From Acidobacteriota bacterium (GTDB lineage: Bacteria; Acidobacteriota; UBA6911; RPQK01; JAJDTT01): a stretch of DNA of 64,000 nucleotides. Below, piece after piece: positions 55,625-64,000 of the stretch. The stretch spans positions 416,001-480,000 of the forward strand of contig OZ242374.1 in the NCBI GenBank assembly GCA_965209055.1, read 5' to 3'. Numbering within the stretch: the stretch's first letter is position 1; every line of letters starts with the position of its first letter. Below the pieces are notes generated by a model. It was not told the origin of the DNA and searched no databases. It was given only the letters and a program-made list of their open reading frames with translations. Position numbers and translations under genes: made by a program.

Positions 55625-58600
55625 TTCACGTACAGAAACTCGCTGGTGTTGAAGAGGCCCCAGCAGAGACTGGACAGCCCGTGTTCTCCAACCAGATCTT
55701 CGCTCCAGCTCAACTCCTCCCGTCCCGGCAAACGTCCCAGCGCAATCCGGAAGGCGCGGCGGACCTGGTGTTCCCGGCCGGACTCCGATTCCCGTTCAAC
55801 CCGGCCGGCGAACGCCCGGGCTTGCCGCAGGACGAAGGCATTGTTCATGAGGCTCAGCGCCTGCAGGGCGGTCGTCGTGACCACGCGCTTGGGGGTCTTC
55901 ACGTTCGGATTGGGACAATCGAACGAGTCGAGCAACGGACTCGGCGCCGAGACGACGCTCATGCGATACACGGAGCGGCGGTTGAGCGCCGGTTCATCGG
56001 CATCGACCTGCGTATACATCTCGAAGGCGCCCGGTTTCTCTTCCGATCTAAAAGGACGGAAGCTGGGACCCCCCATTTCCCAGTTCACCTGTCCGCTGGC
56101 CAGAAGCATCGCGTCGCGGATGGCCTCTCCTTCGAGGCGTCGCGGAGCGTAACGCCAGAGCAGCCGGTTGCCGGCGTCGATTTCCGCGGCGGCCGCTCTC
56201 CAGGCCGAGGCTTGACGATAGGTTTGCGACGTCATGATGAGGCGGTGCAGGTTCTTGACGCTCCATCCGCCTCGTATGAACTCGCCGGCCAGCCAGTCGA
56301 GCAACTCGGGGTGGGTCGGTTGACCGCCATTGAAACCGAGATCATTGGGATTCTCCACCAGGCCCCTTCCGAAGAGGTAGTGCCAAACGCGGTTCACCAT
56401 GGTTCTGGCGAAGATGGGATTTCGGGGATTCGCCAGCCACTCCGCCAACCGAATTCGGCGATCCGCTTCGGGAGCGTCTACCTCCAGTCCGAACTCGGGC
56501 GAACCAGCCGGGATGCAGGACAAGCCCCCGGCCGACACCTTCTCCAATTTCGTGTTCGGGTCGCCGCGTTCCAGCAGCCAGGTCGAGCCGGGCTGCCGGA
56601 CGTCGGCGGCATAGATCCTCTGCGGGTCCGGAATCGCCTCCCGCCGCGCCCGCAAATTCTTCAGTTCGGCCCGCAGTTCGAGCGCCCTCGATCTCTCGGC
56701 GGAAGTCATGACCGGGTCCAATTCTTCTTGCCGGACATTGGGAGCCCCGCCCCGGTAGGAGGCCTCCACCTGATCCTCGGTCAGGGCGACGTCGTAAAGG
56801 CGCGCTTCCTCCAGTTCAAGGTCCTTGGAGACGTTGAACGCCACTCTCGCTTCCCCGGCCAGGTAAGTCTGCAGCCGGCCTTCCGGGATCCTGATGTCGG
56901 GAGTGTAGGCCTCGCCGTACGGTTTGCCATCTCGGTAAAGGCGAATGCTGTGGTCGGCCGCGTAGCAGATCGCGATATGGATCAACCGGGCGGCCTCGCC
57001 GGTTTCCGCTGTCCCGTTCCCATCCGCGGTGCGGAAGGAGCTGCTGCTGGTATTCAGCCACTCCTTGGAGTCGCCGCCGGAGAACATGATGCCGTCCTTA
57101 ACGGCGCCGAGCAAAGCTTCCGTATTGTGGATTTGAACGGCGGTGATCAGCTCTTCCGGAAGCCGGTTCAACCAGAACCAGGCTTCGATCGTCTTTTCCC
57201 GCAATTCCCGGGGGAGCGGGACCGTCTTGACGGCCGCCGACCCCTTGGGGTCTGTGCCGGCGGCCACCCGCAGGCGCCCTTCGGCCAGGACCACTTTCTC
57301 CGACATCTCGATGTGCAGGGACCCCGCCGAGTCGCGGCTGTTGAGATCGAAGGTCCACCGGGCGATGGGAGAGGGCGCGGCGACGTTCGCCGGACCGCCT
57401 GCCCTCCGTGACAGCACACGCCGGCGAGCGGGAAGCTCAATGGAGGCCAGACGATCTTCGAACCGTGCAATCGGTTCCTCGAGTGATTGCACCCGTTCCC
57501 GGAGCGCGACCTGCTCGGCAGGCGTCAGCAGGTCCCGGTCTCCCTGCCAGACGCCGTCGAAGGCGGCCTTCATCCGGTAGTACTCGCGCTGCGGGATGGG
57601 GTCGTACTTGTGGTCGTGGCAGCGCGCGCAGTTCACGGTCAGGCCCAGGAAGGTCTGCGAGACCGTCCCGATCATCTCCTCCATCTGTTCCTGCCGGACC
57701 ATCTCGCGCTGCACGGGGACGCTGGACATGAATCCCACGGTGTCGGAGGGTCCGGACACCAGAAACCCGGTGGCGACGACACCGTCACGGGTGACCGGCG
57801 CCAACACGTCGCCGGCGATCTGTTCCCGAGCGAAATCCAGGTAGGGTTTGTCCCGGTTGAAGCTCCCGATGACGTAGTCGCGATAGGGCCAGGCGTTTTC
57901 CCGGAGCGTGTCCCGTTCGAACCCCTCGCTCTCGGCGAAACGCATCACGTCGAGCCAATGCCGCCCCCAGCGTTCCCCATAGCGGGGGGACGTCAGCAGA
58001 CGGTCGATCAGCTTCTCGTAGGCCGCGGGAGAGGAGTCGTCGATAAAGGCCGAGATGTCCTCAAAGCTGGGCGGCAGTCCGGTTAGGTCGTAGCTGGCCC
58101 GGCGAATGAGCGTCCGGCGGTCGGCCGGTGGACTGGGCTCCAGACCCGCTTCCGTCATCCGGGAGTAGACGAACCGGTCGATGGGCGAGGACTGCCACTG
58201 CTCCGGTGTCGTTTCCGGCAATGGCGCCTGAGGTTTGCGCAAGGGCTGGAAAGACCACCAGTCGGAGTCGTTGCGCTTGATTGGCGATTTTGACCCGATC
58301 GGACGGTCCCACGCCGCGCCGGCTGCAATCCAATCCCTGAAAACCTCACGATCCGCCGCAGACAGGGGACTCCCCGGAGGCATCTCCCCGGAGGAGACCC
58401 TGGACCACAGCAGGCTTGACTCGGGATGGCCGGGGACCAGAGCCGGCCCGTGGTCTCCACCGCGAAGGGCGGTTTCGAGCTGCGTCAGGTCCAGTCCGGA
58501 AGTCGCCAATTGGGAGTTGTGACAGCCGAGACATTCGGCCGCGATCAGTTCGGTGGCCCGCGACTCCGGGTCTGATGGACCGACCTCCGAACGAGCCCGG

Positions 58601-58659
58601 CTCGCCAACGCCAGCCCGGCGATCGAAAGGAAGACGATGATGGTTCTGTTTCTCTTCAA
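55621..58659 (-). CDS. PSD1 / planctomycete cytochrome c domain protein (DUF1549 plus DUF1553)
   Basis: CLGCH, RR.SYDLTGLPP, YGERWGRHWLD, CARCHDHKYDPI, VNRVW..LFGRGLV, PTHPELLDWLA. LamG-like insertion. Confidence 0.93.
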   Translation of the reverse strand: MKRNRTIIVFLSIAGLALASRARSEVGPSDPESRATELIAAECLGCHNSQLATSGLDLTQLETALRGGDHGPALVPGHPESSLLWSRVSSGEMPPGSPLSAADREVFRDWIAAGAAWDRPIGSKSPIKRNDSDWWSFQPLRKPQAPLPETTPEQWQSSPIDRFVYSRMTEAGLEPSPPADRRTLIRRASYDLTGLPPSFEDISAFIDDSSPAAYEKLIDRLLTSPRYGERWGRHWLDVMRFAESEGFERDTLRENAWPYRDYVIGSFNRDKPYLDFAREQIAGDVLAPVTRDGVVATGFLVSGPSDTVGFMSSVPVQREMVRQEQMEEMIGTVSQTFLGLTVNCARCHDHKYDPIPQREYYRMKAAFDGVWQGDRDLLTPAEQVALRERVQSLEEPIARFEDRLASIELPARRRVLSRRAGGPANVAAPSPIARWTFDLNSRDSAGSLHIEMSEKVVLAEGRLRVAAGTDPKGSAAVKTVPLPRELREKTIEAWFWLNRLPEELITAVQIHNTEALLGAVKDGIMFSGGDSKEWLNTSSSSFRTADGNGTAETGEAARLIHIAICYAADHSIRLYRDGKPYGEAYTPDIRIPEGRLQTYLAGEARVAFNVSKDLELEEARLYDVALTEDQVEASYRGGAPNVRQEELDPVMTSAERSRALELRAELKNLRARREAIPDPQRIYAADVRQPGSTWLLERGDPNTKLEKVSAGGLSCIPAGSPEFGLEVDAPEADRRIRLAEWLANPRNPIFARTMVNRVWHYLFGRGLVENPNDLGFNGGQPTHPELLDWLAGEFIRGGWSVKNLHRLIMTSQTYRQASAWRAAAAEIDAGNRLLWRYAPRRLEGEAIRDAMLLASGQVNWEMGGPSFRPFRSEEKPGAFEMYTQVDADEPALNRRSVYRMSVVSAPSPLLDSFDCPNPNVKTPKRVVTTTALQALSLMNNAFVLRQARAFAGRVERESESGREHQVRRAFRIALGRLPGREELSWSEDLVGEHGLSSLCWGLFNTSEFLYVN

Positions 58660-58710
58660 GAGAGGGACCTGCGGGCAATTTTACACCAACCGCGGCTCTT
58701 GTCTCGAACG

Positions 58711-58736
58711 GTAGGAGCGGGGGTTTTCCAATCCCG
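58711..58736. repeat. Degenerate GTAG-REP at the backbone/accessory boundary
   Basis: GTAGGAGCGGGGGTTTTCCAATCCCG. Confidence 0.6.
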
Positions 58737-58749
58737 TCCGCCCCTCAGT

Positions 58750-58895
58750 CAAGAACTACTAAACATTAACGTTTTCAGTCATTTTTCGGGTTCTTCGCCG
58801 AATCGGAAAAGTGGTTGACTCCCTGTGTCTGGCACGCTGCACAGGCAACAAACAGGCAGCATAGTCAACACCCGAAAGCCGACACATCCTTCCTC
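58750..58895 (+). promoter_or_regulatory. Conserved non-coding leader copy 2 (paralog of 707-853), with no sigma gene following
   Basis: Colinear similarity to 707-853. ACAGGCA twice at an 11 bp period (58841, 58852). Confidence 0.55.
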
Positions 58896-58977
58896 GTTTC
58901 CGATCTGCCCTACCGGACAGACTCGCCAAATCCCTTTTTTTCGGAGGCTATACCCTGCGTTTCTACCGCCATGGTTC

Positions 58978-59244
58978 TTACCTAGAAGTATTCACTCGAT
59001 TGACCACGTGCACTTTTAACCTGGGTCCCAGGCGCGGGTGATCAACCTGGATCATCTCTTCAAGAGCCGGGATCCGAACAAAGCACGGTCGATCTGGTGA
59101 CCCGCACAACTCAGACTGTGCCCGGGCGACCGGTTCCACCGAACATGCCCCTTGGCCCGCCAGCATTGCGAGCGATAGGGCAATCACTCCAAACACCACG
59201 CGGCTGTACCAATCAACCAATATTACTTTGTGTCTCGATACCAT
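58978..59244 (-). CDS. Small secreted/membrane hypothetical protein (88 aa)
   Basis: AGGAGG RBS before ATG, hydrophobic N-segment (VDWYSRVVFGVIALSLAML), downstream of the ECF-like promoter. Confidence 0.6.
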   Translation of the reverse strand: MVSRHKVILVDWYSRVVFGVIALSLAMLAGQGACSVEPVARAQSELCGSPDRPCFVRIPALEEMIQVDHPRLGPRLKVHVVNRVNTSR

Positions 59245-59423
59245 GTTTCCTCCTATCTCTTTCGTCTGTCCCGTTTCGCCAAGCGGTTGTATCACACAAG
59301 CTGAAGATTGTGCTCATCACTATCTTCGATGCGTTCCAAGGCGAGATTTCTCAGCACTCTGCTCTTTCCAAGGGTGAGTCCGCGTCACCCAGCCGTTGAG
59401 GTCTCGGGTTATTCCCAATACTG

Positions 59424-59462
59424 AGTACAACGGCTGAAATCGGGATCGGTCACACTCTTTTT
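59424..59462 (-). promoter_or_regulatory. Putative ECF-type promoter, copy 2
   Basis: Minus strand AAAAAGAGTGTGACCGATCCCGATTTCAGCCGTTGTACT, 3 mismatches to 1606-1644. Confidence 0.6.
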
Positions 59463-59874
59463 GACGGCAGCGGCTTCGGGGATGATTTGAGGGGCAGACT
59501 AGAGCGGTCATCGAGGCGCTGCTGGATCAGCGTGGCGGCACGGTTCAATGCTAGGTCATTAGAAGTTCGATCTGGAGCTTCGATTTCCGAAGTCGAGCCT
59601 GCCGACGTGGTGACGCAGCCGACAGGCCATGAGTCAACTCGTCCTATGCCGGAGGAAGAGCCAGCCTGACAGTCATTTTGCTTCACCCGTCGCTGGGGTT
59701 CAACGCAACATAGGCCCACCAGTCCCTCTTCCAGAGAGATCCACAAAAGTCCATTAAGTATCTATTCAACAGCTATTTGCCTCGCTTACCCGTCCATACT
59801 TTTCCAGTAGCATATCTTGACATCCGGGGGCAATATCGGAGGCAGATCAGAAATTTTCGAAAGGAGTTGCCCCC

Positions 59875-61126
59875 ATGCCTCTCACTGCTATTGCCATCCG
59901 TGATGCCAAACCCTCCGCGAAGACCCGAAAAATGTTCGACGGACGCGGTCTGTACTTGGAATTAACTCCCCGCGGCAACAAGTGGTGGCGCCTGAAATAC
60001 CGCTTCGCAGGCAAGGAGAAGCGGATCTCCCTGGGTGTCTATCCGGACGTATCTCTGAAGCAAGCCCGGAAGTCGGCGCCAGGAGGCCCGCCGGCTATTG
60101 GCCCAGGGGATCAATCCCAGCGAGCACCGCAAAGCGCAGAAGGCCGCGAAAGAGCAAGGGGCCGCCAACAGCTTCGAAGCGGTGGCGCGGGAATGGTTCA
60201 GCAAACATTCTCCCAACTGGGCCACCAGTCATGCCAGCCGGGTCCTCAGCCGACTGGAGCGAGATGTTTTCCCGTGGATGGGCAGCAACCCCGCGCCTAC
60301 CATCACCGCACCCGAATTGTTGACGGTCGTTCGCCGGATCGAACAACGGGGGGCTCTGGAGAGTGCCCACCGGACCCTTCAGATCTGCGGTCAAGTATTT
60401 CGCTATGCCGTGGCCACTGGAAGGGCGCAGCGTGACCCTTCGGGTGACTTACGGGGTGCGTTGCCGCCGTTCAGGACCAAACACTTTGCAGCGCTCACCG
60501 AACCGAAGCAGGTGGGTCCCTTGCTGCGAGTGCTGGACGGCTACCAAGGGACACTGATCGTGCGTTGTGCCCTGCGCTTCGCTCCGTTGGTCTTCGTTCG
60601 ACCTGGAGAGTTACGCCAAGCTCAGTGGTCGGACATCGATCTGGAGGCGGCCGAGTGGCGCTACACAGTCAGCAAGACCGAGATTCGCCACATCGTTCCG
60701 CTCTCCCGCCAAGCGGTGGAGATCCTGCGCGAACTACACCCTCTGACCGGGCAGGGGCGCTATGTGTTTCCCAGTGCCCGCACTCCGAGGGGAGACCGGC
60801 CCATGAGCGACAATGCCGTTCTCGCCGCCCTGCGCCGTATGGGAATCGGGAAGGAGGAGATGACGGGCCATGGGTTTCGGGCGATGGCGAGAACGATCCT
60901 GGATGAAGTGTTGGGATTTCGTCCCGACTTCATCGAGCACCAGTTGGCCCACGCGGTGCGGGATCCCAACGGGCGGGCTTACAACCGCACGGCCTATCTC
61001 CCGGAACGGAGAAAGATGATGCAGGAGTGGGCCGACTACCTCGATCAACTGAAGGCTGATGTCGTTCCGATGCATCCAAAGCGACTGGATCAAAACTCAG
61101 GAATCCACCTGAGCGGTGGTCTCTAG
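59875..61126 (+). pseudogene. P4-like (IntA) integrase with a +1 frameshift near 60073
   Basis: MPLT...DGRGLYL...KWWRLKYR...GVYP.VSL, then a frame change. Removing one base (e.g. T60073) restores ARKRRQEARRLLAQGINP. RPGE, HIVPL, HGFR, LAH and AYNR intact. Confidence 0.88.
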
Positions 61127-61237
61127 TGCCGTCTGGTTTCCCGTCGAAAAAACCCAAGACATCCAGAGATCGCCTGCAAGGGAAGGGAACCGGCTTTCAA
61201 TCTCCTGGGCGGCCTGTGGCGAGCGGCTTTCAATGAG

Positions 61238-61324
61238 TGCCCGGGGTGGGAGTCGAACCCACATGGAGGGAGAACCTCCACAGGATTTTAAGTCCTGCGC
61301 GTCTGCCAGTTTCGCCACCCGGGC
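61238..61324 (-). tRNA. tRNA-Leu(TAA), CCA not encoded
   Basis: GCCCGGG acceptor stem, D-loop TGGCAGAC, anticodon arm CAGGA-CTTAAAA-TCCTG, long variable arm, GTTCGAC T-loop. Confidence 0.96.
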
Positions 61325-61527
61325 ATCCATCCGCCCCTCCAACGGGGACGGCCGGCCCGATCGTATCCAGGAAGCGCGCCCGGAAGCCACCACCGCCGGG
61401 CCTCCACGGCCGATGAATCCGTCTCCTGCCGCCAGGGAATATCCCGGCAAGGGTTTTCTCCGGAGTGTATTCTCAATCCACGAGATCCTGGTTCCGGACC
61501 CGCACTCCCGGAAGAGGTGCGATCCTC

Positions 61528-63492
61528 ATGCTCTGGCGCCGCCGAGTCCCACCCCCCGAACCCCGGCCGGTCCTGGAGTCCTTCCTTCTGCGGGTCCTCG
61601 GCCAGCTCCGCAACCGCCGGTCCCCCTGGCAACAACACCAGCCCTCCGAATACCGGATCTGGCCCGAGCGCTTTCCTTCCCACCAGCCCTACGCCGGGGT
61701 CCAGGGACTGCACCTTCTCTGTCGGGCCGCCGAGCGGGGATACTCTGACCCCCTTTGGGCCACCCGGGACCGGATCGAAGCCGCCGGGGGCCGGATTTCC
61801 AAGGATCAGACTGGTGTCCTCCCCCTCCCGGCCGGGGACCTTGATTCCCCGCCGCCGGAGAGCCCCCCGGCACAGAACGGCTCCGAAGAGGGCTCGGCCG
61901 CTCTTTTCAACGTCGAGCAGGCCACGGGCCTGTTCCTCCCGCCGCGTGACGATCGGCCCCCGCCTTCCTGGGAGGTCTACAAACGGGTCGAGCGTCTGCT
62001 CGAAGCCAGCGGCGTCGGCCGCCGCCACGAACCCGGTGACCGGGCCTACTACCACCTGGGAGAGGACCGGATCGTCCTGCCGCCGCAGGACCGGTTCCCC
62101 GGCGCCCGGCGCTATTACCAGACCCTTCTTCACGAACTCGGCCACGGGACCGGCCACCCGGACCGGCTCAACTGTCCGGGCCTCGCCGCCGCCCTTCGGG
62201 ACGGGCCCGACTCGACCGCTGCCGCCCGCGAAGAGCTCCGGGCCGAGATCGCGGCCCTGATGACCGGCGTCCGGATCGGCCTCGGCCACCGGCCCCGCAA
62301 TGGGGAGTTCTACACCAAGCACTGGATCCAACTCCTGGAGTCCGATCCCCGGGAACTGGTCCGGGCCGCTGCCGACGCCTGGCGCATGAGCGAGGCCCTG
62401 CTCGCCGGCGCCCGCGAGCTCAAGGAGCGGACCACCGAGCCGTCCTCCGTCCGTTCCGGCGTCCGGGAGGCACCGCGGCTCCGGATCCGACAGATTGCCC
62501 CGGCGCTCGCCTCCCCTCCGCTCCCCGCTCTGGGAGCGCCCCGTCCGGCGCCGGGCGCCGACGTGCTGGAGCGCTTCGGCTGGCACGGGGAAGAGGCCGA
62601 GTGGATCGCCTTGGTCTGCCGCCACGGCGGCTGGTTCACCCGCGCCCAGTTCTGCGCCCATTTCCGTTGCCGGAGAAACCGCGCCCTGCGCTTCGTCCGC
62701 CGCCTCGTCGCACGCCGCCACGGCGTCGAGGAGGACCTCGACGGCCTGCCCACCACCACCCGGACCTGCCGCATCGCCGCCAAGGCCTTGTACCGCGCGC
62801 TGGGCCTGGAGCGCGTCCCCCACCCCGGATCTTCCGCTTGGGTCCGGCTCCGCCGTCTGCTCTCGCTCGATTACGTCATCGATCACCCCCAGCGGCGGTG
62901 GCTTCCCACCGGGCGGGAGAAGGCCTGGGCGCTGGAGGCGCTGGGCCTTTCCCGGCGGCTGTTCCCGTGCCGCCACTATGCCGGCCATGCTCAGGGACGG
63001 AGCCGCTACTTCCCCCGCAAGCTCCCGCTGGCCCTGGAGGAGGACCGGGCGACCTTCGTCTACGTCGATCCCGGCCGGGACACCGACTCGGAACTGCTCT
63101 CGTGGGGGGCGGAGCACGCCCCGCTCTGGGCCTCGCTACGCGCACAAGACCACCCGGTGCACGTGGTCGCGGTGGCCCGCGACGACCTCCGCCGGGAGCG
63201 GGCCGAAAAGGTCCTGCGCCGCTGGGCCGGCCCTGGTCCCGTGGCCGAGTTCGAGCCCCTGTCCCCGGAGGAGGAGCAGGTCATCCGCATCATCGGGCAG
63301 GCCGTCCGGACCAACGACCGGGAGTGCCTCGCCCGCTACGGCGGCTTTTTGAACGCCCTGGACCACCGCCAGGCGTTGCTGGAGCGGGCCACCGCCCCCA
63401 TCCCTCAAAACCGCATCCGCATCGACCGGGGCCGAACTTGGCTCTCGGTCCGGATTACAGCGGAAACGGAGGTAGGATTGTGGAGCGCCTGA
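61528..63492 (+). CDS. Polyvalent fusion: ArdC-like ssDNA-binding domain, zincin-like MPTase, and a wHTH/replication-relaxation-like C-domain
   Basis: PW...Y.G...RGYSDP.W.T....GG.I.K...FNVEQ (ArdC-N). AYY....DRI.LP, TLLHELGH.TGH..RL, REELRAEI (MPTase). After a Pro-rich linker: FGW...EAEWIALVC.HGGWFTRAQF, RRLLSLDYV, FVYVDPG. The C-domain assignment is inference. Confidence 0.8.
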   Translation: MLWRRRVPPPEPRPVLESFLLRVLGQLRNRRSPWQQHQPSEYRIWPERFPSHQPYAGVQGLHLLCRAAERGYSDPLWATRDRIEAAGGRISKDQTGVLPLPAGDLDSPPPESPPAQNGSEEGSAALFNVEQATGLFLPPRDDRPPPSWEVYKRVERLLEASGVGRRHEPGDRAYYHLGEDRIVLPPQDRFPGARRYYQTLLHELGHGTGHPDRLNCPGLAAALRDGPDSTAAAREELRAEIAALMTGVRIGLGHRPRNGEFYTKHWIQLLESDPRELVRAAADAWRMSEALLAGARELKERTTEPSSVRSGVREAPRLRIRQIAPALASPPLPALGAPRPAPGADVLERFGWHGEEAEWIALVCRHGGWFTRAQFCAHFRCRRNRALRFVRRLVARRHGVEEDLDGLPTTTRTCRIAAKALYRALGLERVPHPGSSAWVRLRRLLSLDYVIDHPQRRWLPTGREKAWALEALGLSRRLFPCRHYAGHAQGRSRYFPRKLPLALEEDRATFVYVDPGRDTDSELLSWGAEHAPLWASLRAQDHPVHVVAVARDDLRRERAEKVLRRWAGPGPVAEFEPLSPEEEQVIRIIGQAVRTNDRECLARYGGFLNALDHRQALLERATAPIPQNRIRIDRGRTWLSVRITAETEVGLWSA

Positions 63493-63557
63493 GGGGTCGC
63501 ATGCGCCCGGTCCCGGGTGGAACCTGTGGACATCGTGGATCCACGGGCTGCGAAGAG

Positions 63558-63905
63558 CACGGAAAGTCCCATTGACGGCAATGTGGCGGACCGCTCCCGG
63601 GCCGTGTTCCACCTCCGGGGGCGTGTCCGGAGAAGTCCCAGGATGTGAAACACACATGGGGGGGTGTGTTCCACTCTCGGAGCAGCGAGTGTTACACGCT
63701 TCCTTTCCGCTATCTTGTTGAGCCCCTTCGAGTTGTCCCCGTCCTCCTGAAGGAGGCGCGCCCGGACGAGGAGTCCGGGGAGAAGAAGTGAGCGACCCCC
63801 CCTTTTTGCCGCCCGGTGCGGGCGCGGGGGTGTTGCGCAATTCACATCTGCGCAGCACCCCCTGGGGGGGGTCGCTCCCGTCCAAATTATCCCTGGCGGG
63901 AAGGC
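63558..63905 (+). other. Structured non-coding element copy C (oriT-like)
   Basis: 63790-63905 closely matches the reverse complement of copy A. ATCCCTG at 63889-63895. GTGNAACAC-type motifs at 63604, 63645, 63666 and 63689. Confidence 0.65.
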
Positions 63906-64000
63906 CCCTGCGAAGATTTCTGAAGACCTTTTGTGGCCATCCAAGGCGTCCATTCCCCTCACGTGGCACAACATGATCTCGGGATGACCACAGGCCACAA

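Noticed and set aside
58830-58850. Sigma-54 promoter (TGGCACG) or c-di-GMP riboswitch in the duplicated leader
   Set aside because: There is no TTGC at the -12 position, TGGCACG is not conserved in copy 1, and GEMM consensus elements are absent.
60061-60090. Programmed frameshift in the integrase
   Set aside because: No slippery run at the shift. A single-base insertion or sequencing error is simpler.

Overview
GC-rich bacterial chromosomal window. The gene set (two Oar-type TonB-dependent receptors, a GWxTD protein, CRTAC1/ASPIC-UnbV, a PVC-type CxxCH protein, DUF1501 with PSD1/PSC cytochrome, four CocE/NonD hydrolases, many Tat-exported enzymes) suggests Acidobacteriota; this is inference. 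Positions 1-47.3 kb and 54.2-58.7 kb are catabolic/envelope backbone, including a complete sarcosine oxidase soxBDAG operon, two PhyH-type dioxygenases, a sulfatase, a Phd/VapC-type TA pair and two gene stubs, peppered with GTAG/GTGG REP-like palindromes. There are two accessory regions. (i) A ~6.7 kb lower-GC integrative element (47389-54134) is bounded by a TGCCGTCCCC direct repeat, appears to have inserted into a REP/BIME-like hairpin rather than a tRNA, and carries a P4-like integrase, a UDG-fold protein, a nonsense-interrupted trypsin-like protease and a recombinase remnant. (ii) Positions 58.7-64 kb hold a frameshifted P4-like integrase, tRNA-Leu(TAA) and an ArdC-MPTase-wHTH fusion gene. 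The strongest unexplained signal is a ~310-350 bp non-coding element present three times (51752-52062, 52376-52686, 63558-63905). It has a covarying multi-stem hairpin, a conserved ATCCCTG nic-like end and three similarly spaced, copy-specific short repeats, which resembles a family of oriT variants. A duplicated ~147 bp leader and a duplicated 39 bp ECF-type promoter also link the ECF sigma locus at 0.7-2.1 kb with 58.7-59.5 kb. All alignments were done by eye.
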